Below, piece after piece: positions 41,597-53,836 of a stretch of 64,000 bases of DNA (position 1 is the stretch's first letter; each line of letters begins with the position of its first letter). The stretch is from Neodothiora populina (lineage: Eukaryota), in NCBI RefSeq assembly GCF_041146345.1, contig NW_027191413.1:744001-808000 (forward strand). Direction: 5' to 3'. A program made the translations under genes and the position numbers. The notes beneath the pieces were generated by a model. The model was not told the origin of the DNA. It did not search any database and saw only the letters and a program-made list of their open reading frames with translations.

Positions 41597-42825
41597 TTAC
41601 TCCTCTTCCAACAGGGGTTGGCGCTCGGCGTCTTGGCTGACAACAACACCGCGCTTGAATGGGTCCTGTCCGATGATACCAGGCACACCGACAAGAAGCG
41701 ACAGGATGAAGAGTACGCCCATGATGACAAAGGCGAAGATCCACTGGAAGGCGATGACGTGGGTCAGGAATTGAGATACTCCGAGGGCTAGTAACACAGA
41801 AGAAGTTAGTATTGGGGCGGTGTAGTATGTGTTGTGGTATATCATGGATGTGCTAGTGTGGTTGCAGATGTGCGTCACAGTCTTAGCTCATAGTGGCGGT
41901 CAAGGCCGGATGAACCCTTCATTGGGAGCCGGTCCCTTGCCGACACAAAGCGTTGCCCCTGATGTGTTTTCGAGGGGACAACGAGGGAGGATAATAACGA
42001 AGAAAAAAACTTACCAGCCATAAGAACACTGAGCTCGAATCCCATGGTGTAGTCCTTGTAGGCAACAAGGAAGAAGAAGCCATATCCAAGGATACTCCAG
42101 ATCATGACATTGGCAAAGATTCTGGCAATAAGAGAGTGGGCATTGACCGCGGCAGCTCCCACGGCGAATAGGGCCACATAGTTGAATGCCAAAGGTCCGG
42201 ATACCACAGGAATGTGGATGAAGCGGGGAGTCCTGGAGTGGCGAAAGTACGCAGCGGACAAGTTGAAGAAGTTGATGACAAGCAACAACAGGCAGAGCCA
42301 AAAGTGCGAGCGGACCCAGAGATGGACAGCGCCGAACAAAAGTAGGTTGTTGACAACAAAGTGCGAGCCTACGTTAGCCGCGGCAGTGACGTATGCGTCG
42401 TTGCCAGAGTAAAGGTGCCAGGAATAGCCAAGTTGGCCAATGTACAACACAATCCAATAGATCGACACGATGATTGAGTTGAGAGCAAAAGGCGTGTGTC
42501 TACGGGAGTTCTGACCGAAGATTGTGTCTCGGTGATGTTTACCCTCTGTCGGTTTATTGAAAGTGTAGTAGAATGAAGTGATGACCAGAAGAAGCCAAGA
42601 GAGAGCAGTTGAGACCCTATACGCATGAACGCTGCGCTTGGGATAGGTCTCTCTGCTCATGAATGGGTTGACTGTGAAGCAGTGCAAGATAGGTTAGCGG
42701 TCTGGTTCGAGTTGTGATGGCACACGTTCCAGTGACAATATATTGATGGTATACATACTTGAGTGGACGTTCTCGCTCGTCGCTTGGATTTGGCGACCAA
42801 CGCCTTCAGCTGCTCCGTCAGACAT
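41597..42825 (-). CDS. Fungal multi-pass membrane protein, DUF1774-like, 3 exons
   Basis: Exons 42825-42759, 42671-42015, 41787-41597 join in frame. Motifs TPF..IYWIVLYIGQLGY, VGSHFVVNNLL..LWVRSHFW, KDYTMGF, QWIFAFVI, ERQPLL. Confidence 0.78.
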
Positions 42826-43405
42826 GATGGAAAGAGCACGACTTGTACACTTTCTGAACTTGGTTGAGAGGTAGGAAAAAGGCAGAAGGCGTAAGACCAA
42901 AAGCAAGGTTGAGTTTTGTGTTCAGGCACTTGTACCTTATACGAGAGTGGAGGATCAAGGTGACCATTTAGAGCGGGGCACCTTCCGTCATTGGCGCTAT
43001 GACCTGCATCTCACGCGACGAATCCTTGAACACGCGAACTCTCAATACAAGCTCGACAATTAACAGGGATTCGTATGCGGGGGCGTTATGTTCCAAGCTG
43101 GTCACAACAGGTTTGAGAACGTCATTCGGAGTATTATAATCGATCGGCTTACTGCCGCTATCTGATCCGCTGGCGCTTGTTGTGGCCGCGTGAGAGCGGC
43201 CACCAAATCAATGTACATGCATGTTGCTCATTGCCGTCGTCAAGGAACTATCGTCTGGTTAGTTCGAACAACTGATTGACCGCTGAATTGGACACATCCG
43301 CTCAGAGATCATGATTGGGTCCACCCATTGAGTTTCTAATGGTCCCTCATGACTGGCCTGCGGAGCTTATATAACATAATGCTCAATATGGTCGTGGACA
43401 ATTCC

Positions 43406-44454
43406 TTACGCGACCTTCTTGCCCTCTCGTTCCGCCTTCCTCAGAGCGCGTTTGCGGATATCCTCATGCAGGCCTTTGTTCTTGTCAACAACGATTGAGC
43501 TGGTCGTTCCAGTGATAGCAAGTAGGGCCCAGTGCATTACACCGTGAGTCCACCAAGGGCTGCTCGTGTAGGCGATGCCCTGTGCGCCACCACTGCGACC
43601 AATCTTGGACAGGGCTGCCCTTACAAACTGTTTGGGAGTAGGAATAGTAGCACTGGAGCGTCTGATCTTTGACATGGCTGAGGTGACCAGGTAAGACTGG
43701 ATGCATTGCACGTGAACGCCATGAGGTTTGAGCTCGGAGCCCAGAGCTGTGCTCCAGTACTGGAGGAATGCCTTGCTGCCGGAGTATGTTGCCAAAAGCG
43801 GAGTTGGAAGGACACCGCCAAAAGATGCCATGTTGAGAATGAGACCATGTTTGCGTTGAACCATACCAGGAGCAATGAGCTGTGTGACACGTAGAGTGCC
43901 TGTGCAGTTGATGGTGATGATGTCCTTCATTTCCTGTTCAGGAGTCTGGATGAATGGCACGGGAATGTTGTGACTCAGACCAACATTGTTGACGAGGATT
44001 GATACCTCCAGGTCCGAAACAAGAGATCCCAAGGAGGCGAAGTCGTTATCCTTGTTTTGAGCAAAGTCCATAGCAAATGTCTTGGTCTGAATAGCGCTGT
44101 ATTTATACTCAATCTCCGTTGCAAGTGCATCGAGCTTCGACTGAGTGCGGGAGACGAGAACGACATTGAAGCCCTTAGCAGCAAGTTGCAAAGCATATTC
44201 TTTGCCGATTCCATCGGACGCTCCGGTCACGACAGCCCAAGTTCCCTTCTTGCCGAACTTTGAGAGCTGCCAGGAATCAGCATGCTTGCATGTGTCGTTA
44301 TCACAATCGTACTCACAGAGGCACCCGGAAGGATGAACAGACTGGCAATCAAGCGCCAAAAGCTGAATATCTTCAGCGATACGAACAGCACACCGATGAG
44401 AGTGAAGGCTGTGGTCAAGGGCTTTTCCCACACATCTTGAACTATCTCAGACAT
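43406..44454 (-). CDS. IFA38: Very-long-chain 3-oxoacyl-CoA reductase (SDR), 2 exons
   Basis: Exons 44454-44317 and 44266-43406. Motifs [30 protein letters not shown] catalytic motif, C-terminal [12 protein letters not shown] di-lysine. Confidence 0.93.
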
Positions 44455-44867
44455 TTTGAATTACAGTATCTCGCCAATTATGTGGTGCTTGAGAACGTGA
44501 TAAGCTATCGAAGGACATGTAAACATCCCGTTCGTGGAGTAGCTTACAGCTTTTCCCATACGGCAACGCGATATGGCGCATGACTAGTAATAGTAGTGTG
44601 GCTTCGTGCGGTTTGAGTCATGACGACAGCAACCACCGTGCGATCTTACAGAGCTAAGGTATCGTAAGTCCACGATCACGCATTCAGCCGCGTGTTTCAG
44701 GTGTCGAGGATACAAACACTAAGATTGGATTTCTGTCATACTTGTTGTCACCCCGACTTGCTGCAACTTCAAGTTGTACTTCACATACAAGCTCCATTGG
44801 CTGATTAGCCGTCACCTGTGCATCTCACGTTCTATAATCTTTACAAAAAGGTCTGATCACACATACA

Positions 44868-45410
44868 ATGAGCATGAGTTCATCGATCCTGAACTATCTA
44901 CCACCTGCGGATGGCTTGTTGCCGAAATGGCTACTGTTCGTATGTAGATACACACCAAGAAATTGATAGACAGACATATTAACGTCTATATCCAAGATCT
45001 CGGTAGTGTCAATGGCCAACAGCATTCAAGCTTACGCTTCTCTTGCACCTACCCAGCGTGTTTACTGCGGATCTATTGGAACTGCTGCTGCTGCCTCCTC
45101 TAGCACTTCCAAGAAGTCTGCTGCTGCTGGTCAAGAATTGTCTCCAGTAAACGACCTCTCAGCCCGCACATTCGGCACATGGACCGCCATCACCGCGGTG
45201 GTGCGGTTGTACGCAGCCTACCATATCGACGTGCCTGTTATGTACGAACTTGCTCTGTGGACCTTCGGCGTCGCCTGGGCCCATTTCGTCAGCGAATGGC
45301 TTATCTTCAAGACTACTAAGATGGGTAGCGGTCTTGCAGGCCCCGTCATTGTTAGCACCAGCAGTTTGATCTGGATGTGGGTGCAGTGGGATTACTACGT
45401 GAGAACATAG
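44868..45410 (+). CDS. ERG28: Ergosterol biosynthesis scaffold protein Erg28, 2 exons
   Basis: Exons 44868-44939 and 44997-45410. Motifs GLLPKWLLFIS...NSIQAY, LSARTFGTWT, RLYAAYHI, HFVSEWLIFKT, PVIVSTSSLIWM..QWDYY. Confidence 0.93.
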
Positions 45411-45499
45411 TTTCCGAGTTTCAGTGAGAAGTGGTACGACTTCAGAACGCACCGTACCCTGCACGCAATTTCAAGCATCAGCTTGTGTTCTCTGACCAA

Positions 45500-47600
45500 T
45501 GCAGCTGCACCGATCCGCTGCATCCGTCCCTATGGAGACATGACGAATCATTGTCGGATAGAACCACTCTGCGTTATACTTCCATTCCAAGATGGAACCG
45601 GATATTTCCAAACACAGCAGCCGCTGTGATTCCAAGCAATTGCAATGGTAATTGTTCATGAGAAGACGTTCGCCAATATGTGATATACCATATGTATGAT
45701 TTTCATGGTGTCTACCATTCCTTCACTGGAGATCATTGTGGAAACAATCTATCGTGTACGGGTATCTGCATGCTATCTGGGCGACTTGACCAGAACACAC
45801 TACTCCATGTATCTCATCTTGCCGATATGCACTACGAAAGCGTCACCAAGGGAGATGCGTATCGCGATTCTAGAGGCAATCTTGCCATCAGCACATCTTC
45901 TCGTAATGCCGAAGTAGTGTTTCTGAGGCCACATTCAGTTGTCTCACGCATGCGAAGTGGCACAAAACGCTATATCGTCCACAGTTCGTGAGACTTTGGT
46001 ACTCTGTGAGGATTCGTCATGCCTCATGTGTACAGGTTCGAAGAACACAGGGTAGTGCATTGACTACTCTTGGTGAAGCTTCGATAATTCTAGGAATGTT
46101 TGGAAATAGTGATGTACTCCGGTGATGATAACGCCTGGATTTGCCACCCAGCGTGCAATTGATGGGTCTGCTGTCTCACGGATTCCGTTTCTACAACATC
46201 AGTCTACTCGTAACGAGCTGTCGATCTCCTCTGAACAAGTATGTGGCGCCATCGAGGACTGTTTGAAATGAGATGCTCTCCCGTTGAAATGGTCATAGTC
46301 ATGAAAATGACAGGGTCATCCTTGCTTGAAACTGACATGGTCAGATCCGTGTCGCCAGCTTAGGAAAATGGTGTTGCAGGCTGTGAGACTCGTGGCACTT
46401 CTCTTGATCTTGGTCAAGCGGATTCCCTTCTATATATGTTACGTGAGGCACAGAGGGTGACAAGATCCTCTCCTCGATTAGGGTCGCATATGAGATGCAG
46501 ATTCTCGCCCCCACCACCACTGCCAATCCCACCACTAAGCATGCATATCAATGACGCCAACAGACTTGTCTTCCTGTAGACCTAGAACTTATCCGCTGCA
46601 ATAAGCATTCCCATGCAGTACTGTTGTGCAGAGATTGGATTGGGCAGGGACTAGATCCGGAAGCAAAACGATACACCCTATATTGTGCTCGGGCCTGGCT
46701 TGAGAGTCGTTGAGAAGCGACGCGCGATTGGGTGACCTTTTAGTTGCAAAGCTCTCCTACCACACAGGCGTACGGAGTGGCTGACACTGGACGACAACAA
46801 AGAATGAGTTATGAGGGTCACAACTAAAAATTGTAGTCGGTCACTAAATACCAGCCTCATGGCCCAATTCAGAGCCGCAATGGACAAGCAAGGTGTGACC
46901 TGATGTTAGCACAGTCTAGAATTGCGAGGAACCTTGGCAATTTGATGAAACAAGTCGATATTACCGTCCGAGGGAGAGAATGGAAGGGAATGTATAAGTA
47001 CGCTCAAAGGAGCATCCACAACATCAAGTCCTCTCAGGAAGCTCACCTCTAGTCCAATCGTGATAGACTGCACAGGAGAAAGAACTCACCGGTCACGCAT
47101 CACTCCACCACAATCCTTGTCTTCGAGGCCGAAAACTTCAGCTTCTGCATAAATCTTACTGCCGAATCGCATATCATGCCTTCTTCTGCTCTCGAAGGAT
47201 CGAAGTTGCAGCCGATGGCTGAAGCGAAAAGTCAGCCATGGCTTGCAGTGTGGCCAGCCAATCGCGAGGCCCAGCCACAAGGCCAGATATTCGGATTCGA
47301 AAAAGGCCAGAAAATGGTCTTCGACGGCAACGCTGGCAATTTCTTCGCCAGAGATGGATGGGTCGTCGAGCAGGAAAGTCGCACTGCTACTTCACCTTCG
47401 CGATGATACGAGATTCTTGCGCGCGCGCATACCGTAAGGAACTTCAGATTATCCTGTGTCAGTGTCTCGGAAGACTGACGGATACGACAAGGTTACGACT
47501 AGTCATATTTATGAGGTGTTTACCTGGATGCTGCTGCTACGTGTGCACATGGCTTACCACGTGCATGCGCCTTTCACTTTTTCGACCCAATCCTGGAAGT
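45500..47600 (-). pseudogene. Possible degraded or highly fragmented gene of unknown family
   Basis: A protein-like open stretch (~47380-47090, FLLDDPSISGEEIASVAVEDHFLAFFESEYLALWLG...) ends at a GTGAGT donor. Further donor/branch-like signals follow, but downstream frames carry many stops. Boundaries approximate. Confidence 0.25.
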
Positions 47601-47943
47601 GTTCACTAGCAATAGTAGTCTTTCACACCATCTGATATGCTCTTCGCTGTTACTGATGGCGGTGCTAGTCACTCGTTAGGACACGACCAAAGCATCGATA
47701 TCACCATCTCGATACTTATTGGTCTGTCGATTCGCAGAATAACGCGTTGTTTTGAAGCAAGGAGGGCAATAGCGTCAAATTTCAAGCAATGTTTACCATT
47801 CCAATCTCGCATGAGTCTAATGTGCTCTTTCTTGCTATCATGCGGTCAGATTCCCCAGCTCAGGCCAAAAAGAAAATCCACCATTGAAAAACACCTACCG
47901 ACTGACCATCCCGTGCCAACGCATCACAGCCTCCTCCTTCAAC

Positions 47944-49069
47944 TCATGTATAGTATACCAAAGCACGAGCTTCAATACTTTCTCTCGATGGATCGTCTGG
48001 CGATGCCAACGGATTCGGGAACGAGGTATGTGGAACTAGCACGAGGGCTTAGCTCGATACACCAACAGGACATGTCGTAGACAAAAGCCATACCAGCCAC
48101 TTGCCCATTCTCTGTATCCGACTGGACGAAGACCCACGCTTCCGAGACTTGTTGGTCGGAAAGATAGACCCACCTGTGAGTAGGCCTGAAGTAGAGCTGC
48201 AGGTTTTCGACCACGTAATCTACGACACTATCAGCAAGAATGGTCTACTTGTATCGTGTGCGGAGCGCGAGACCGACCTGGATATACGAGATCGCATGGC
48301 TCATGATCCTCTTTAGGTACGACGGTGCGAGGATCACACATAGCCAGAGGCCAATCTCGCACAGGTCCGATAATAGGCTTCCAGACACTGAATCATGCTT
48401 AGCCAAGTTTCACTACACGTTGTCAGTGGGAAGTGCACTTGCTTGACGCATTGTAAGTGACCGTTCGTCGTCACATCGTTGTTCCCATCATTAAGAGTCC
48501 GAGCCATGGATACTGCCCAAGGCACCGTGGTATCTTTAAATATTAACATCATCATGCCAATGGCCTGGAAGGATGGACCAACCTACCTACGTGCGCCATC
48601 GACGTGGGTTGATTGTATTGATAAGGCTCTCCGGTAGATATCGGAAATATCTCATGCCGCTTGCGTATCTTGTAGAAATCAGAAGTCGACCAGAGTCAAA
48701 GAGGACAGGTGGGGGGGCACTTACTGTATGCTCGAAAATCTGGACTCGAGTGGCTCCGAGATATTGTCGCAAAGTATTGGACAATTCCCGCAGATATACG
48801 TCTATGACCTTGTCTTTGTCGTTGAAGTCTTCGTATTGCATACTGCTCTCCAGAGGCATGATAGAGAATCCGTTCTTCTTGAGACTAAGCTCCTTCACTA
48901 CCGGACGTACATCTTCGATTGTAATATCGTGAGCCTCGAGCTCGACATTGGCGCGAGGAAAGCCAGCAGGCGGCGTGAAACGAAGTGAATATGGCTTCAC
49001 TGTGTCGTATTTGGGGTCTTTCTTCAGGAAGTATACCTGTGAACTTATGATCTTCGTATTTTCCGACAT
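47944..49069 (-). CDS. AsaB/CmcJ/GA4-desaturase-like oxidoreductase, 6 exons (third intron GC-AG)
   Basis: Exons 49069-48725, 48668-48587, 48533-48443, 48387-48278, 48219-48094, 48035-47944 join in frame. Motifs IEDVR..SLKKNGF, FEHTIRKR, AHVD, NVWKP..GPVRDWPLAMCD, HRWVYLSDQ, PHTSF, RESIEARALV. Confidence 0.85.
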
Positions 49070-49291
49070 TAGGAAGACGCTTACGACGGAAGTGAGGAGT
49101 GTTCTCATGCCTAGGATACCGTCCTTTATGTCATGCATTCTTTCCGTGTGGCTGGACTAGCTGCAGCAATGAGGATTCTTTTGTAGCGGCCCTGCATGTG
49201 GAATCGCTTATATGCCTGCCGCACGTTTGATGTAATTCACAAGTGGCACATTAAGATACCGTATGTGGATAAGCCCAGAGTCATTGCCATA

Positions 49292-52200
49292 CTATCTCGA
49301 CCAAAACACGATGAGCTCGTCCATTACCACATCGTTGAGCTCACTCAAACGCCTGGTATCATGCGGCACTTTTGTTCTGTATAACCGCTCACACGCACTT
49401 TCCATCGCGTTCGCTTCAGCAGTCTTTCCCAGAGCGCGGAGAACTTTCCACTGGTTGTATATTGCTCTTATTCGCTCCGGAAGAAACACTGCACTATTGC
49501 CATAGCATCTCAGAGCCTGGTTGAGCAACGCTCTGTACAAGTAAGCAAGCGTATCAATGGGAAGAGAGGCAAGAGTCTACCTAGCTAATTCCCAGTGACG
49601 GAGGCGTAGATGGTGGCCCGCAACTTTGACACAAAGATCAGCCGTTCGATGGTGATTGTTGCCCAGAGTGGACTTGTACTGAAGCAGAGCTCGTCGGTGA
49701 TACGTAAAGCTTTCCTCGTGCAACCCTTTGGAGTACTTGACGTTTCCGGAGGCATGTAGAATTCTACCAGTACTGGGACACATCAGGTTCTCAGTCTCCA
49801 AAGATTTGGCGGGCTACTCACATGAAAGAATTACCATCGTCTTCGCCAAAGACTGCTTCGCGATCTGCAAGTGCTTTCGTGAGAATTTCAGATGCATCTT
49901 CATATTTGCCAACAACCCAATACGCCAAAGCCAAGTTAACCAGCGGCAAGGACAGCTGCAAAGGGCTGAAGTCGTCCAGAAGGTTCATCTGCGCGATTGA
50001 CTTCTCGAAACATACTCTACCTTTCTCCCAAGCTGAGTTCAGCATGTAAGCATTACCTAGCTCGTTCCAAGATATTGCCAGGCGCATGTCCTTGCGAGCT
50101 TCAGCCTGGCCTATCTTGATTAGCATCATCTCGTTAAACCTGCTATGGTACTCCAATGCCCTGATCGGAAGATTCGTCTCTGTGGCAAAGCACCCTTTGT
50201 TGTGGTATAACTCCGCGATGGTAGCCTCAAATGCCTCTTTCTGCACTGCTGGAATATGGGAGCTGCCAGGAATAGCTTCAACCAGGGGCTCGAGGATTCT
50301 TAGAGCAACATCGCTGAAACGAGTGGACTCGTCACTGTGTCCATTCTCATGATAATACCAACCCGCATCCGTCAACAATCGCGCAAACTCATAACAGCCA
50401 TCCAAGTCACCGCCTTCGGTTCTGACAGGGCCAGACAGTTCAAGTAGCCGAGCCACATGCGGGAATAGAATCGCACACGTTGACCATCTCTCCACACCAT
50501 GACGCCATGTGAATAGCTCATATGGCCACGTCGCGGATATCAATCGAACTGCATCAAGAAAGGCAGCGTGATACTCGCCAGGTGCCATCTGTGTTCTTGT
50601 AATATCTTGGCACATACGGTGTAGCCAAAGCTGGTTGGTTTCCTTATCCTCGTTGACTAAGGATGTAGAGAGAAGCTCATGCTTAGCCTCGAGATAGGCC
50701 GCGAGGGTTTGAGGGTAGCCCTGGTATCTTGCCTTGTTTATGTGCAACGTCAACAGACGTTCTGGTATGGCGTCTGGATCAAGCATCGAAATAACATTCA
50801 GCAGGCCCCTGCCGTGCTTGAGGCTTTCGACAGCCCAGACCGAAGCTAACATGTTTCTGTGCAATGCTAGTGGAGATGTGGAATCGATGCTCCTTCTCTC
50901 CCCATATGCTGCCAGGAAGTCCGACATGGACCAATGCTGTCTCATGATCATTCCAGCCATTTGTGATAAGATAAGAGGAACCCCTCCAATTCGATCCACA
51001 ACAACCTCGGCCTGCTTCGCTTCATGAGCGTCATGCTCTCTATCAGTGAGGCATAGTAAGAGCCTCGTCGCATCATTAGTGTCGAGGGGTCCAAGTGTGA
51101 TGATTCTGGCCAGCGATCCAAACGAAAGCGGATCTCGACTTGTAATCAGAATGCTTCCAGGTGCACCATAAGGCCACGCCTCGTTCAACACTTCGGGGTC
51201 ATCAACCCCATCAAAAACGAGCAACCAAGTAGCAGTCTCCTGGAGTTCATCTTGGGATCGTGCCAGCTCCTTCCGAGGGTTCATCAACCAATTTTTGAGT
51301 AGATTCCGCGTCAGTGCCTGGTCATTGGAATCAACGGAGTCATCTGCTACCAATCCAAGCTTGACCGCAATATCTCGGAAGTCTTGCAACAGCTTCGCTC
51401 GGGTATCACCATGTACCCACATCACTGCATCAAATTGATGGAAGTAACTGCGTACGAAGTCTGATGCAGCAGAGGTCTAGCCCATACCACCAGCTCCACA
51501 TAACGCAAAGGTATTCAGTGTAGAGGTAGAAATACCGCTTGTCGACGTCGGACATAGACCTTTCGCCAAAGTCTCGCGAATACTACTGCGCACTTCGCAT
51601 CTCTTGTCCGGATTACGAGGTAATACATAGCATGGCAGGACAGGTCCGTGTGACGGTCGTGACATCGGCGAGAGTCCAAGATATAACTTACGCAAAAAGG
51701 GCTGGAGAATCGGATCTCGTTCATGGCCACTGTAGAACTTGGCTGATAAGAAAGCCCACTCCAACTCATGGCCGTCTCCGGACATAACGCTATTCTCAGG
51801 ATCGCCAGGCTCCGGATCGAACAAGAGGTCTGCAAACTCGAGGCTAGAATCTGCAACTTCCCTCTCCGACGACACCCTCGACTGCTGATCGAGATCACTC
51901 TTCTCGCTCGGACCGTTGTCAGCCGTATCAAGCCATGGTAGTGACAACAAAGCTACCTCTTGCAGATGATAACGTATGTGATCGATCATAGATTGCGGAT
52001 CCAATACTCCTGCCGCGCTTGAAACTTGACCTAGGCCCTGAAGGTGTATATCCGAACAGAATGGACACGAGGTGAAGGGGGACATCACCCTTCTCTCGCT
52101 AAGTCTCATCAATGCAGGCATCTGCGATGGCGAGAAGCCCTTCGAATGTGCCTCATAGAGATGAGATTCGAATTGCTTATCGGTATCAAACATTAGAGGC

Positions 52201-53505
52201 TTGTGGCTAGAATTCGTACAAACCCATCTCAAGGTTCGGCTTTGCGGATGCGAATGTTGATGGGACAACCACGAGTCTGTGATACGGAAGATTCTGTTTC
52301 CCTCCGAGCATCCCTCGATGAGGCACACATATGGTTCAATGTCATTCAATACGTGCTGTTTCCAACGTTCAGGCTCGGTCTCACGAGACATAAGCACGGT
52401 GCAACAATACGGACAGATAAACTCCTCACACCCAGTGGCAACTTTTGGAGGTGGAGGTATTATGACTGGTGAAACATCGGTGGGTTGATAGACAGTTGTA
52501 GGAGCATCTGCGGCATCGAGGTCGAGGCCTCGAATCTTCGGATCAGAGAAATGGCTCGCTGTCGTGTCTTCGTACTGAGCCGACCGATTACGCTGCAAAG
52601 GTATGTCTTTGTTCGAGGCTTTAGGCAGTGGGGAGATCTGAGATGGATTAACCGTGTGGTTATCTGTCGCAAACATTACTGGCAACTGTCCATCTTTCGA
52701 GAGTGTCAACCCTTTTGGGTCGAGCTTTTGTTGATGTTTTTGTCGCCATAAGAATCGTCTACGGCGTGCTACAACAGCATCAGACAAGCGTCGCGATAGG
52801 AAATTTGGTAGATCTGGGTAGCGCTTCAGCATTCTTTGCAATACGTATGCCTTAAAATCTGGGCTCGCATCTCTGCCATCGTCATCTCTCATAACATAAG
52901 CATCAGCCTTGATGTTTCGATGAATATCCGTCGGCCTTCGGATGAGAATCGACAAACGGTATAGTCTGCTTATGGCGCTACCAATATCGGCGATAGTTCT
53001 GAGGAGGAGTATCTTTACGGGATGCTCCTTGGCCGGGTCAAAGTCGACAGTACTGAGAGCGGAGGATACATAAGAAGAGAGATTTGCAGGTCGCAATCCG
53101 TATTCTTCGTAATCTTCTTCATCAATGTCGCCTTCGTCACTTGGATCGTCATTCTCATTCATTATCTCCGTAACTGAGCAGGAATTTGGCTGTGTCAATG
53201 ATTATGTCGAGAAGCACAATGCGTATTCTCTCACCACGTTGTAGATTAGCGAGTAGCCCATCCATCTGCTTGACAGTCAAGTCTTTGGCCAAAGGGCTGT
53301 CCTTCAGGCGATAGTCCAAAGACCCATGGGCGTTAGCGAAGACGCCCAGATTACCAGCCCATATGTTGAAGCGACCGCTTTGTTCCTCGATTCCCATCGA
53401 GGTATCATTGTCAAGGAATGGCTTGTCTTGACTGACGATATTTGAGATACCATGAAAGTGATCAGTGCATGCTTTTGCTATGTCTGCTATATTGACGTCC
53501 TCCAT
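49292..53505 (-). CDS. NLR-like STAND protein (helical N-terminus + C2H2-like fingers + NB-ARC + TPR) interrupted by an in-frame TAG at the P-loop Lys; possible pseudogene
   Basis: Exons 53505-53235, 53173-49822, 49772-49581, 49532-49292 give 1351 codons. Motifs RFNIWAGNLG..SLDYRL, FICPYC..WKQHVLNDIEPYVC, CPFC..HIRYH, GAGGMG*TS (TAG 51479-51477), WLLVFDGVDD, GSILITSR, GGVPL, LHRMCQD, TPR-like repeats, C-terminal LIVFWSR. Confidence 0.85.
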
Positions 53506-53836
53506 GTCAAGGGATTGTGTGGAGACCAACAAGCGTGTACGAAATCCAAGCAGATAGTTTCAGGCATCCTGGCGCAGCCGTGACGTTACTATTAAGCACC
53601 ATGGCTTCAGGTGCATGGTCAAGACTATCACACGACCGCGAGAGCCAAAACAAGGCGTCGCATGCATGATGGGCGTAAGCCACTAGACGTGGGTCATGGT
53701 GAGGCTGCCATGCGCTGTCACCTTAGCGATCTTCATGGTTGTTGAAAGTGCATATACTCTGTCCTCCAGCATCTAGACCCTATTCCTACCAGATTCTCAT
53801 CTCGTTCCGCACAAGACTCACCAGGATTACGCCGTA

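Noticed and set aside
41819..41834. GTGTAGTATGTGTT resembling the U2 snRNA branch-pairing sequence
   Set aside because: The rest of U2 is absent; it is the antisense of a CA-rich intron 3' region.
51425..51500. Possibility that the P-loop TAG is removed by an intron
   Set aside because: Both sides match the contiguous consensus GxGGxGKT with correct spacing. Splicing from the nearby GTATGG would delete P-loop residues.
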